A stretch of 64,000 nucleotides of DNA. Origin: Octopus sinensis. Lineage: Eukaryota. Each line of letters opens with the position of its first letter. The stretch's first letter is position 1. Shown here in pieces: positions 36,765 through 49,918 of the stretch. Location: NCBI RefSeq assembly GCF_006345805.1, contig NC_043011.1, positions 40,002,464 to 40,066,463 on the forward strand, in the 5' to 3' direction. The notes below the pieces were generated by a model. The model was not told the origin of the DNA and did not search any database. It saw only the letters and a list, made by a program, of their open reading frames with translations. Made by a program: the position numbers and the translations under genes.

Positions 36765-37414
36765 TGCCAGTTGAGTGCTCTGGAGCTGCTCACCATCCAC
36801 AGGGTTCTGGGTTCAGTCTCACTGCATGGCACTTTGGGCAAGTGTCTTCTTCTATAGCCTCGGGCAGACCAAAGCCTTGTGAATGGATTTGGTAGATGGA
36901 AACTGAAAGAAGCCTGTTGTATATATATGTGTTTATGTGCCTCCCTAGGTTTACAACTTCCCCAGATTCCTTCCACAATTAGAGCTTGGCACTTCTTTAT
37001 ACAGCTGCCCTCATACACACATACATACACACACAACATACACCCACTCATCCTCACCGCACACAATGAAAGAGAGAAGTAAACAGAGATTGACAAATAA
37101 GAAAACTGTACGATATATTTCAAGTAAAACCTCATTCATCCAATATATCACTCATGCCCCAAACCCCCGTCGACAATCCATGCTTGCCACACACTTCTCA
37201 GCCCCCCACTCACCCCTGCCGTTTCTGCACTCCCCATGTTGTCCCTACCAACCCTTCCCCGCCAAAACTGATGTCGTCTCCAAAATAGAAATGGTTTTAT
37301 CAAATTTCTCTGCAATTTCAGTTTGGAACAGAGTTCTTTGTTCTCTTCACTATCACTGCCAACGACTTATGTAACCATGACAACATTAACGAAAAATAAA
37401 CAACCCAGATAAGA

Positions 37415-37554
37415 TATATATATATATATACATGCATGCACACACAAAAATATGTATACATACACACACATATATATATATACACCCACACATATATACA
37501 TATGTGCATAACATACATACACACACATATATATATACACATATGTACATACAC

Positions 37555-37591
<37 letters not shown>

Positions 37592-37716
37592 CATACACAC
37601 ACAACTATATATATATATATAATATATATATATATATTATATATATATATATACACATATGTACATATATATTCACACACATACATATATATATGTACAT
37701 ACTTATATGTACACAC

Positions 37717-37749
<33 letters not shown>

Positions 37750-38080
37750 CACATACATACACACACACATACATATATACAATTCTGAACATACGTATAT
37801 ACATATATATATATACGTATGTACATACATACATATATATACGTACATACATACATATATATACGTACATACATACATACATATATATATACGTACATAC
37901 ATACATATATATACGTACGTACATACATATATATATATACGTACATACATACATATATACGTACATACATACATACATACGTACATACATACATATATAT
38001 ACGTACATACATACATATACATACGTACATACATACATATATATATGTACATACATACATATATATACGTACATACATAC

Positions 38081-38122
<42 letters not shown>

Positions 38123-38148
38123 GTACATACTTATATGTACACACACAC

Positions 38149-38185
<37 letters not shown>

Positions 38186-38343
38186 CATACACATACGTAC
38201 ATATATAATATATACGTACATATATATATATACGTACATACATACATATATATACGTACATACATACATATACATACGTACATACATACATACATATATA
38301 TATGTACATACATACATATATATACGTACATACATACATATAC

Positions 38344-38381
<38 letters not shown>

Positions 38382-38409
38382 GTACATACTTATATGTACA
38401 CACACACAC

Positions 38410-38444
<35 letters not shown>

Positions 38445-38545
38445 ATATATACATACACATACGTACATATATATATATATACGTACATATATAATTAAGT
38501 ACATATATGCGTACTTACATATATATATGTACATACATATATATA
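37415..38545. repeat. 1.1-kb compound (TA/CA/CATA/CGTA) microsatellite
   Basis: Almost continuous purine-pyrimidine alternation; landmark gtacatacttatatgtac at 37695, 38123 and 38382. Confidence 0.95.
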
Positions 38546-39094
38546 TAGAAATAATACATTTCTAAATATCTCAGAGAGATTTATGCAGTAGTGGTATGGT
38601 AGAGTAGTTGTATACTGTCAACTTAATGTGACAGTCCCATGAAGGGAATCACACTACTGCTATTTAGCCCTAGGAAGCAGCAACGCTTCCTGTTAGCCTT
38701 GACACATTTCCTGTCTCCTTATGTTTACAAGGGGGCGATAAGCACCTCCACCCAGCTAAGCCTGCACTCAGAGACTAGTTTCTGAGTATTTGCTCGTCAT
38801 CAGTCTGGAGTAGCATTAATTCTCCAATAAAACATTTTATACATTACATACCCATAAAATGCCTCGTATATCTTTTTCAGCTATGTTTAAACTTGAAGTT
38901 ATATCATATGCTGAGGAGCATGGTAATAGGGCCGCCAGAAGAAAATTTGTAAAGCTACACGTTTGCATTATGTTATATATACAATAATAAGAAAGGATGT
39001 TACCATATACATTTTTACTTATAAATATACATATATATATATATGCATACGTATTAATATATACGTACATATTATATATATATACATACGCATA

Positions 39095-39400
39095 AATATA
39101 CATATATATATACATACGTATAAATATACATATATACATACGTATAAATATACATATATACATATGTATAAATATACATATATACATATGTATAAATATA
39201 CATATATACATATGTATAAATATACATATATACATATGTATAAATATACATATATACATATGTATAAATATACATATATACATATGTATAAATATACATA
39301 TATACATATGTATAAATATACATATATACATATGTATAAATATACATATATACATACATATAAATATACATATGTATACATACATATAAATATACATATG
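39095..39400. repeat. 24-bp minisatellite (tataaatatacatatatacatatg)n
   Basis: About 12 near-identical units. Confidence 0.92.
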
Positions 39401-39895
39401 TATACATACATATAAATATATCTATACACATACATACAAATATACATATTTACCACTATTTACTCTTTGTATGCTCTAAATACTTGTATCTTTTACTTGT
39501 TTTGATCAATGGACAGCAGCCATGCTGGGGCATCTCCTTGAAGGGTTTAGTCAAACAAACTGACCCAAGTAGTTACTCTATTAGTTCTTTTACCAAACTG
39601 CTAAGCTATACGGACATAAACAAACCAACTTTGGTCGTCAAGAAATGGTGTGGGTGCGAAGCACACACACACACACTTGATCAGCTTTAACACAGTTTCC
39701 ATCAAAGAAATTCGCTCACAAGACATTGGTTACCTGGGGCAATATTAGAAGACACTTGCCAAAGTTTCTCTTCAGTGGGACTGAACCTAAAACCGCATTG
39801 TTGCAAAGCAAGCTTCTTAACCACATAGCCATGCCCGTGCCTCATTAAGACATTAAAAATATAAAAACCCATAAAACACGAATGTAAATATTTAC

Positions 39896-39939
39896 CTCAT
39901 ATCAGGAGAAAAGTCAGTTGTACAAGCATATCCCGAAAC
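39896..39939 (-). CDS. CDC40: CDC40 44-nt exon (VSGYACTTDFSPDMS)
   Basis: Matches VAGYACQVDFSPDMS of PRP17 orthologues; ctctag acceptor, gtaaat donor, phase 0/2. Confidence 0.95.
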
Positions 39940-40569
39940 CTAGAGAGCGAAAGAGAGAAGAGAGAGAAAAAAATGTTTACATTTAATAGCAATTAGTATA
40001 CATGCATGCCACTTGTACATATATACAACCACAAACTGCAAAATAAAAATAAAAAAAAACACACCACTTCTAGGTTTTTTTCTGCTTTCTGAAATAACAA
40101 ACATTTGATGGTAGATTTAGTGGAGCATTAAACAACGTTGTACAGTATTTAGTTATGTCCCTTTACAATCTCAAAATTCCTTACAGATTGACTTTGCCTG
40201 TTCTCCCTCCGGTTTCAAAATAATAAAGAAATAGTCAAGAACTAGACTTGATGTAATCGACAACCCATCACCTGGCCTTCTGCCTAAGGTAGAATGCATC
40301 ATTTCTACAATGTTATTCTGTTGTATGCATAAATTGGTAGCGTTTTTAGAATCTAGTAATGCATTTTTAAGTTATCTCTCTATTCTTTTGCTCTTGACAT
40401 TAAATCTGGTTTGTGATGTAATTTTAAAGATATATACAAAAATACACACACACACGTAGTTATTAATGAGCTAAGCAGTATTAATAGGTTGTGGGAGGAA
40501 GCGAGATTCCTATGGTTATGGTGAAGGAGCCAACCCCTCCCGCACCAAAGATAAAAAAGAAAAAGAAAA

Positions 40570-41060
40570 GAAAGAATGGGACAGTGCCGGAGGTGTGCAA
40601 TGTACTGCTGGCATGTCCCAAGGCTCTTTGGTGGGAATCATGCCACTGACAGAGGAAGCTGTGGCCTCCCTCCCAGTGAAAGTAAAGAATATGTGGTATT
40701 CTATTTTAGGGGAGGGGCTGTTGACAACTTTGTAGAGAGTTGTCTTGAAGGTCAAGACCTGATGGAATCGGTCTGTACTGATAGTCAGCGTTGGCTTCCA
40801 CAGGTGGCGGCACTGGTAGTGAAAGAAAGAGAGTTCTTTCGAATAGTGGAGTCCTGTTCGAAGAAATATTACAATTATATCTTTTGGCACCCCGACTTGC
40901 GGCTGAGGGATTACCTGCAGGTGGCAAGAGAATTGATAGGGGATGGTTGAAGAGACTTGGTGTCTCAGTCTGTGTAAGAGGTTTATTACCTCACTTTTGT
41001 GTGTTTTATTTTGTAAAAACACAAAAAAATTTTGTAAAGAGACAAAAAAAAATTTTGTAA
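40570..41060 (+). mobile_element. Possible decayed L1/Tx1-like LINE 3' end
   Basis: GC-richer, codon-like segment ending in A-rich tail; family assignment is uncertain. Confidence 0.3.
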
Positions 41061-41514
41061 TAGAACAATTATAAAAACTAAAGTTAGAGGTCTAATACCT
41101 AATTTTTTTTTTTTTTTTTTAAATAAAGAATAATGTATTAGAGAAGCAAAAATTGGCAGGCATTATTTGTCTTCTATCAATATCATCCTTTTTCATCATT
41201 CATCTCATTAATGTTTGTCCAGCACACAAGCTACTATGTGTCATGCCTTTATGGCAAAATTTTGAAATAAAGCAGTACTAACACCATCTCATACCATGAA
41301 GGTCCACTCAGATACCTCATCACCACTTATATTCCTTCCCAGCTCTACCTCATCACCCTCTCTTCTAAAATGTTAGTAGTCAGGTAGCGCCACTGCAGCA
41401 AGAAACCTGTTCTGCTCTGGTTCTTTTCTCCCTTCTCTACTACATTAAGTTCTCCCTCCCTCATTTGGGGTTCATAGTCTTGCAAGCTGCCCAGTAACTT
41501 CACGGGTGCTAGTG

Positions 41515-41553
<39 letters not shown>

Positions 41554-43451
41554 CACCCAGTAAACAATATAAAGTGGTTGGCATCAGGAGGGGCATCCAG
41601 TTGTAGAAACCATGGCAAACAGACATGGGGGCATGATGCAGTCTGTGAACCCACTGGATCCTGTCAAACTGTCCAACCCATGCCAGCGTACTATATGGAC
41701 ATTAAATGATGATGATGATATATCTATCAATGGCTGCTCTAGTCTTGTGAAATCTTACAAGGAATTTATTCAAACTGAAAAAGTACAACACATCGTTATA
41801 AATGTAATATTGGAAAAGCTAAAGTAACAGCAAATTATATTTTTGTATTTTCTGTAACAAACAAACAAACAAATAATAAATAAATAACCAGAGTAATTTC
41901 AACAGTATGAAACACCAAGGGTAAATTGATTAAATCTTTAGAATATCATCTTGCATATTTTAAGGTTACTCTTATTTTCTCTCTCTCTCTCTTGCTCTCT
42001 CTCTCTTTTGCTCGCTTGTCTGATTTTTTTGCAACAAAATTTTATCAAGATGTATCATCTGAATACCTTCCATATTCTTGCACAACTGCATAAACAATTT
42101 ATCAAAACGCAGAAGGTAGAGTAGTTTGCTTCCCAACCGCATGGTGTCAGGTTCCATCCCAAAGCATGGCACTTTGGACAAATGCCTTCTACTACAGCCC
42201 TGGACCAGCCAAAGCCTTATGAGTGGTGTGTGTGTGTGTTCTTGTTCTTCTTCTTTTAATGTCCTTTTTTCAGTCTGGCATGGGTTGACAAGAGCTGGTA
42301 AACTGGAGAGCTGCATCAGGCTCCCATTGTTGGTTCTGCCCCTCCTAATGCCAACCAGTGTACTGGGTGCTTTTTACAAAGCGCCAGTACCAGTAAAGTT
42401 ACCAAGTACACTTACGAGACAAAGACCTCTTAGTTGAGAGAATGTGGAACCGAGGGAAATGGCTGTGTGCCAGGTGAGAGGTTCAAGTTTGATAAAGAGA
42501 CAGGGATGGTCGTCTTACTATAGGGGGAATATTTGGCCTCCCCAGTAGGACAAAGAAGGAAAAGGAAGATGGGTGGGAGTCAGTCAGTTTGTGTATGGGT
42601 GTGGGAGGATATGCAAGTGTATGTGTGACTGTATATGTGTATGTGTGTTTTCCTTGTTTTGACAAAGCACCCACTACATTCTCGGAGTGGTTGGCATTAG
42701 GAAGGACATCCAGCTGTAGAAACTCTGCCAGATCAGATTGGAGTCTGGTTCACCAGACCTCAGTCAAATCGTCCAACCCATGCTAGCATGGAAAGCGGAT
42801 GTTAAATGATGATGATGATTATAAGTGAAATGGGCATTGTCATCATGCAAATGATGTCCTTTGTTTCCCATCTTCCATGAAAACACGCATGGAAACAAAT
42901 GAAGGTTGGTGACAGGAAGAGCATCCAGCCATACAAAATGTGCCTCAACAAATTCCATCTCACCCATGTGAATGTAGTAAAATAGACATTATAGCTATGA
43001 TGATGATGTTGATCAAAATATGGGTTATTTTTGTATTGACATTATTTTTACAATATCAACATACACATGCGATAAAATTGTTTAAATGTTTATAACCTAG
43101 TGTGGTGGTGTATTTTCTAAGTTAACATCTCTCTTTTTCCTTTTTCAATAACATATCTGATTTGTAATGGTATCGTGCCTAGATTAGATCTCAAGTGCCC
43201 GTTACGGTCTTGTATAACCTCATCAGGAACGTATCTTTGCTCGCTTACAGCTTTAGTCATCACATTTACACCACTGTATCCTCTACATTTACAGATCGGA
43301 AAATGGAAAATGTGACAAAAAAATAAATAAATAAAATAAAATAAAATAAAAGGAAAAAAAAAAGAGTTGAGATCCATAACAATTTTTACAAGAAATATAA
43401 GCTGAGAAAATAATTCATGTGTCGTCAAGAAAAAAAAAACTTCATATTTAC

Positions 43452-43552
43452 CATGTGCCCTGTAAACATCTTTTTCTTCATGAATTTAAATCTGTTGAGA
43501 ACGTTGAATATACAGATCTTGTTGTCCATCGATTGACACGCTAACCATTTCC
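43452..43552 (-). CDS. CDC40: CDC40 exon (GKWLACQSMDNKICIFNVLNRFKFMKKKMFTGHM)
   Basis: PRP17 motif GKWLACQSMDN; ttttag acceptor, gtaaat donor, phase 1/0. Confidence 0.96.
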
Positions 43553-43614
43553 CTAAAATTAGAAAAAAAGAATTTTTTAAATACAGTAATGTCTAATGTA
43601 TTATTCTAGCAATA

Positions 43615-44235
43615 TGTGAAGGCAGCAAGCTGGCAGAATCGTTCGCATGCCAGGCGAAATGCTTAGCAGTATTTCATCTGCTGCTATGTTCTGAGTTCAA
43701 ATTCCGCCGAGGTTGAATTTGACTTTCATCCTTTCGGGGTCGATAAATTAAGTACCAGTCAAGTACTGGGGTCAATGTAATCAACTCTCCCTCTCCCCAC
43801 CAAATTTCAGCCTTTGTGCCTATGATAGAAAATATTATTCTATCAATATGTTACAGGCCATTTTGACCGCATGTTATATGTTAATGTATATTCACTACAG
43901 CAATATCATTGTGAAGGTGTGTGACTCAGTGGTTAGGGTATTTGACTCGTGATTGTAAGTTCATGAGTTCGATTTGCAGAGGCGTATTGTGTCCTTGAGC
44001 AAGACACTTTATTTCACATTGCTCCAGTCCACTCAGCTGGCAAAAACAAGCTGTACCTGTAATTCAAAGGACCAGCCTTGTCACATTGTGTGTCATGCTT
44101 AATCTCCCTGAGAATTACATTAAGGGCACGCTTGGCTGTGGAGTGTGCTGCCACTTGCACATTAATTTTAAGAGCAGACTGTTCCATTGATCGGATCAAC
44201 TGGAACCTTTGTTATTGTAACCAATGGAATGCCAA
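43615..44235 (+). mobile_element. SINE family C (43615-43840) followed by tRNA-derived SINE family D (43912-44235)
   Basis: ggcagcaagctggcagaatcg head; tgtgactcagtggttaggg A box and gagttcgatt B box. Confidence 0.75.
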
Positions 44236-44614
44236 AATAGTATAGTAATATAGTATGGCAATATTGTGGTCTATGTTATGCTGATAAGGTAGTCTAAGTT
44301 ATTTTGAGCAAGTATTAGGTCATTGTGACCAAGAGTTATATTCTGCTTTAGTGATGTTAACTTTGAAACTTCTTGATTCTAAGCTTTATTTTCATGTTAG
44401 AAATTTCTTTTCTAAGTCTTCTTCAATAGATACAGCTGAGAACTAGGTCGTGAGTATACAGGAGTTCTCACAGACAGCTGAAGAATTAATATGCAGAGAA
44501 ATAAACAAACAAATGAATGTGTGGGCCTGTAGACATAAAGTGCATATTCACATCTACAAACACAGCCATTCTTATTGTGATACGAAATATGAAAAACTCC
44601 CACCAGAAACTTAC

Positions 44615-44691
44615 CGTTTGGTGATAAGGTGACAGCTGGCATGGAATGCATTGAAGGGTCTGCAATGTACTTGAAATCAACTGGTACATCC
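44615..44691 (-). CDS. CDC40: CDC40 exon (DVPVDFKYIADPSMHSMPAVTLSPN)
   Basis: Near identical to human DIPVDFKYIAEPSMHSMPAVTLSPN; canonical splice sites, phase 2/1. Confidence 0.97.
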
Positions 44692-45666
44692 CTGAAAATA
44701 GAGAAAACGACACTGAAGGACTGAAACAAGAAATGATTTAATGATAGGAAATCCATTTTCTGATCAGGAATAAATTTTTCCAGAAGAGGAAAATCTGTGG
44801 TACATAGAAGTTAACCTTGAATTGAAGTCCTGGTCAAAATACCTGCTGCAAACTGGACTCTATTAAGAACATCTAAGGGACAATTGGCTTTGTTAACCTG
44901 GCAATGTATTAGGTCAGTAGGGAACAGTTCATATAAGGGGCTTCCACAATCTTGTGTTAGTCAAATGTCACCTGCAAAGTCTTTGCTCAACTTGACACTT
45001 GTTTGGTCTCTTCTAATGTACAGTGGAATTGAACATGAAAACTACATGTTGGTGAAGTGCACTTTTTAGCAACACAGCCATGTTCGCATGCTCAGGGTGC
45101 CATAATTGCAGGACGTTTACTGTGAACTCAAAGATAGCAAAAGTAAGGCTTGGAAAAGATCTGGTCTGACTATAAAAAGAAAACTTGACTAATACAAAGC
45201 TGTTACTATGACACAAAGTAGTGATGTGGTAACTACACTACTTTATGATTGTATAACTGGGACAGTTAACCAAAGACATGCCAAAAAGACTTAACTATTT
45301 TCACCTTCCATGACTGAAAAATTCCCAATACAACTTGTGTTAGAGAGAGGTAATTTGTTGTGCATATCTGTTTTTCTGAGTAAATTCCAGTTGTGAAGGA
45401 GTGGACATGTACACATACCCAACTCCAGATGCCCCAAACAGATCTTTGGTGAACTAGCAGTTGGCTTTCAGTCATAAGGTGCACAAAAGAAGTGATACAA
45501 AGACATGCTCAAGACAACCTTGAAAAAGGAACTTTTACCATTACAATCCAAAATTAGCAATCATCATTTTATTATTATTATTATCATAGAAAAAAAAAAA
45601 AAGAACATGGAGGAAAAGAAGAAAAAGAAAATCCAGCACTAAAAATTGCTGTATCATGGAACTTAC

Positions 45667-45800
45667 CATTCCCAGACACGAAGACTTTTGTCATCTGAAG
45701 TAGTAACAAATCTACGATTTTGGTCAACAAAAGTTATGGTATTTACAGCGCCTAAATGACGATCATATTCCTGCATAATATCACCAGAACGAATGTCCCA
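45667..45800 (-). CDS. CDC40: CDC40 exon ([44 protein letters not shown])
   Basis: PRP17 WD40 repeat; cccag acceptor, gtaagt donor, phase 0/2. Confidence 0.97.
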
Positions 45801-45908
45801 CTGGGAAAGAAAAAAATTAAATAAACATTACTGTGGTATTTGTCTGGAGTTAATACTCCCAATGGACATGTGGTGTTTAAAAATACAATACGTACTGGGT
45901 GTGGCATA

Positions 45909-46421
45909 TACTAAGCCTGATTAAAACGTATCCGGACAGGCTATAAAAAGAAAACTATAACATAACAATTCAGAATTTAATCTCCTTCGAAGTAGTCTCC
46001 TTCTGAAATCACCCACTTTATCCAGCATTGCTTCCATTGCAGGAAGCATTCCTGAACCTTCTTATTTGAGTTAGTGAGCAGCTGTCTTGTGACATTTTCT
46101 TGGATTTCGTCAACAGCCTTCGTTTCAGGGTCATAGCTACAGACCCATGATTTGTCACCCGTTATGACTGTTTTCAAAAAGCTTTCCTCAACTCAAACAT
46201 GGAGGTCCTGCACAGCTGAAACCCAATCTTTTCGGGATGATGATATTCCAAACACTTTACTTTCATGCACTGCTATAAACAACACAAGCGAGTGAGAATG
46301 TTATAACAGTATGTCTGCACGACAGAGTTCAATGTCAATCTGTGCCAAGTGGTTTCACTCTGCATACTTTAGCTGTTACCATAGCAAACAGTTCCAATAC
46401 ACTTTGATTAGACTTTGCATA
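45909..46421 (-). mobile_element. Internally deleted mariner (Tc1/mariner) element
   Basis: ITGDKSWVCSYDPETK fused to the C-terminal QECFLQWKQCW..SEGDYFEGD; degenerate TIRs near 45909 and 46390-46421. Confidence 0.85.
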
Positions 46422-47149
46422 TTTAACTATTATTATTCATTTTATAATACAAAAAAAAAAGTTTCAGGTTTTGCTAAGTCAAAGTTTACAGGTTGATTGT
46501 AATATTTATTGACAATATTTTACACCTATTTACAATTCATAATGGCCACCCTTTGCTTTCACCACAGCCCTTAATTTTTTCTCAACTCTTTTATCACTTC
46601 ACAGTTCTTTATACCAGCCATTTCCAATGCTACAATTGATTTGTGTTTTGTTTGAGCTGCGGTAAGGATGCCCTTCCTAACGCCAACAACTCCGTGAGTG
46701 TAGTGGGTGCTTTTTACGTGCCACCGGCACAGAAGACAGTCAAGGCAGCGCTGGCATCAACCACACTCCATGATAATAATAATAATAATGGTTCCATATT
46801 TTGGTCCAAGGTCAGCAATTGGGGAAGGTGGGGACATACAACACTACTGACCCCAATACTTGACAGGTACTTTGTTCTACCGATTGAAAAAGCATGAAAG
46901 ACAAAGATGACATCAGTGAGCATCATCACAATATGGATTCCTTTTGTTTTTCGCTTTTATTTTTTTTATTTGAATAACAACAACAAATGTATTTCACTTT
47001 GCGGTTTCTTGAATTCTAATACTGTAGCAAATAACTATGACTGCAGCCAAAAAGTGGAGGGGGGGAAGAAAAGAAAGATGAAGAAAAGAGATAACAATAA
47101 ATAATAATTACACACACACACACATCAAAAGAAGATGCTCTCTACTTAC

Positions 47150-47265
47150 ACAAACAATTTTCTTGTCTGAAGTTCCTGCTACAAATAAATTCTGTTTATC
47201 TTCATCAGGATTGAATTTCACGCAATAAGGTACTTTACGACTTGAAAAGGGAGAAATACATTGAC
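47150..47265 (-). CDS. CDC40: CDC40 exon ([39 protein letters not shown])
   Basis: PRP17 motif [21 protein letters not shown]; tgtag acceptor, gtaagt donor, phase 1/0. Confidence 0.97.
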
Positions 47266-47562
47266 CTACAAAACAGTAAATAAATAAATAATGAAATAAA
47301 TAAAAGGGCAAAAAATTCAGAAAAAAAAAAGTTTATAAAAATAACAAAACAGCAGCAGTAATAGTCATGTTATTGTCAATATTTGTTATTTTTATTGTTG
47401 CTTAGCCCTGAGACAGACCTGACTGGACAGAGGAATTATGATGAATGGCAAGTTATATCAGACATGACCTGCATGCCTTTTAGTTTATTTTCATCTTTGT
47501 TGTTTGTTTTCGTCAAGGGACTATAAAAATGCAGGGTTTGAAGGGTTTAGTCAAACAAATCA

Positions 47563-48587
47563 ACTCTAAACCTTTGAACATTGGGCCTCACAGAGGTAAT
47601 GACAGGAGATCGAGACCGTAGGAGATATGCTGTGATTGAGAAGACCCGGTAACAAAAGTAAGACCACAGCCATAGTCGATGCCAGTGTTGCATGTCTGAT
47701 CCATTTAAAAGTATTCTTGATATGCTGGGTGAAAAGATATGCTTGAGAAGACTTGTTGAGTTAAGTAAAACCAAAATTGTAGCTGTGGCCAGCGACCCAT
47801 GGCTGGCTCCCATGCTGGTGGCATGTAAAAAGCACCATCTGAATGTGGTTGGTGCCAGGTCCACCTGGCTGGCTCCCATGCCAATAGCATGTAAAAAGCA
47901 CCATCTGAATGTGGTTGGTGCCAGGTCCACCTGGCTGGCTCCCATGCCAATAGCATGTAAAAAGCACCATCTGAATGTGGTTGGTGCCAGGTCCACCTGG
48001 CTGGCTCCCATGCCAATAGCATGTAAAAAGCACCATCTAAACATGGTCGATGTCAGTGCCCCCTTACTGGCTCCTGTGTTGGTGGCATGTAAAAAGCACC
48101 ATCTGAATGTGGTTGGTGCCAGGTCCACCTGGCTGGCTCCCATGCCAATAGCATGTAAAAAGCACCATCTGAATGTGGTTGGTGCCAGGTCCACCTGGCT
48201 GGCTCCCATGCCAATAGCATGTAAAAAGCACCATCTAAACATGGTCGATGTCAGTGCCCCCTTACTGGCTCCTGTGTTGGTGGCATGTAAAAAGCACCAT
48301 CTGAATGTGGTTGGTGCCAGGTCCACCTGGCTGGCTCCCATGCAATAGCATGTAAAAAGCACCATCTAAACATAGTCGATGTCAGTGCCCCCTTACTGGC
48401 TCCTGTGCAAGTAAAAAGCATCCACTATACTCTTGGAGTGGTTGACATTAGGAAAGGCATCCAGCTGTAGAAACATTGCCACATAAGATTGGAGCCTGGT
48501 GCAGCTGCTGGCTTTCCAGACCTCAGTCAAACTGTCCAACCTATGCCAGCATGGAAAACGGACATTAAACGATGATGATGATGATAT
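47563..48587 (+). mobile_element. RTE-type 3' end with nine 66-bp units in higher-order order
   Basis: Units A and B arranged AAAB-AAB-AB at about 47800-48420; ends aaacgatgatgatgat. Confidence 0.88.
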
Positions 48588-48673
48588 AAATATACATATA
48601 TATCATGATGATGATATATATATTATAATGTATGTAAACAAAGTTTGCTTTAACGTATTGAAATATACAGATA

Positions 48674-48842
48674 TGGAATTATTTTATTCTTAAACACATA
48701 ATGATAATGCTGAATAGCATAAATAAGATAGAACATCTTTATATTGCAGGCTGGCCGCAAACAAATTTTTCTGCATTATAAGGATGTTCTACTTTATGAT
48801 ATTCAGCATTATTATTATGTGTTTGAGAATAAAATATTTCCA
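48674..48842. repeat. Palindromic MITE-like element
   Basis: ~75-bp imperfect arms, 21-nt spacer. Confidence 0.75.
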
Positions 48843-49251
48843 TATATATACATATATATATATATATTTATGTGCCGCCTGACTGTCTCACACGCTGGTG
48901 GCACATAAAAAGCACCATTCGAGCATGGTTGATGCCAGTGCTGCCTGACTAGCTCCTATGCTGGTGGCACATAGAAGCACCCATGACACTCTTGGGGTGG
49001 TGGGAGTTAGGAAGAACCTCCAGCTGTAGAAACCTTGCCAAATCAATTTGGAGCCCGGTACAACCTCCTGGCTTTCCAGTTCTCAGTCATACCGTCCGAC
49101 CCATGCCAGCAAGGAAAGCAGATGTTAAACGATAAACAACACACACGTTGTTTAAGCTTGGTCTATTAATATATGGGTATTTATATATGTATACTTAAAT
49201 ATTCATTGTCTAAATGTCTTCAGTTTTTGCCTCCTTTCTGTAGGCATGTTT

Positions 49252-49307
<56 letters not shown>

Positions 49308-49887
49308 TCTGTTTAAGCTTGATCTATTAATACATGGATATCGATATATTTATACTTAAATATTGTAAAAGTATAAATGAGTCTAAAAATGTTCAGTCTT
49401 TGCTTTCTCTCTGCTTGCATGTAAACAAACATATACATTTTGTATATCAAACCCAAGCTGTTACATTTAATTTGTTTATCTGCATACCTGCTGACCTTGA
49501 TTTCTCTTTACATATATATATCACAAACATATAAGAGTGATGACCACTAAGTGGACAGTGGTCATCCCTCTTATATGTATGTAATATAATTTTTCTGAAT
49601 CTTCTGATTTTTCTATATGCTAGACCACTGGTTTTAACCCTTTTGAGATGCTCTGTGTTTCTTTCAATTAATATTAAATATAACAAAGAATTTAGCAAAA
49701 TAACTTAGTTATCATTAAGCTAGTATTAGGAACATAAATTGTGACTAAGGTTTGGTGGAAGATTTTTATTCAAAACTTATGAAAATAAGACATTTGTAAC
49801 CAGAGCCGGTTTCAGCCGGGTTGGTAACGAAGGGTTAAATTGATATTAATTAAATTAATATTCAATTTTTCACCTTTATTATTTTAA

Positions 49888-49918
<31 letters not shown>

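Noticed and set aside
37318-39456. Long Y/I/H/T/C/V-rich ORFs
   Set aside because: Microsatellite translations; the same applies to the ORFs at 6810-7486 and 7985-8290.
40516-41060. Nested protein-coding gene (124-168 aa ORFs)
   Set aside because: The open frames shift, there is no splice structure, and the A-rich end fits a decayed retroelement better.
47547-48365. 272-aa and 218-aa ORFs on opposite strands
   Set aside because: They are translations of the stop-free 66-bp tandem array.
47800-48420. CRISPR array
   Set aside because: The inter-core segments are homologous and repeated rather than unique spacers, there are no cas genes, and the array is part of a eukaryotic RTE 3' end.
49141-49430. 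~165-bp diverged direct duplication
   Set aside because: Ordinary old tandem duplication around a microsatellite, with no TIR, TSD or coding signal.
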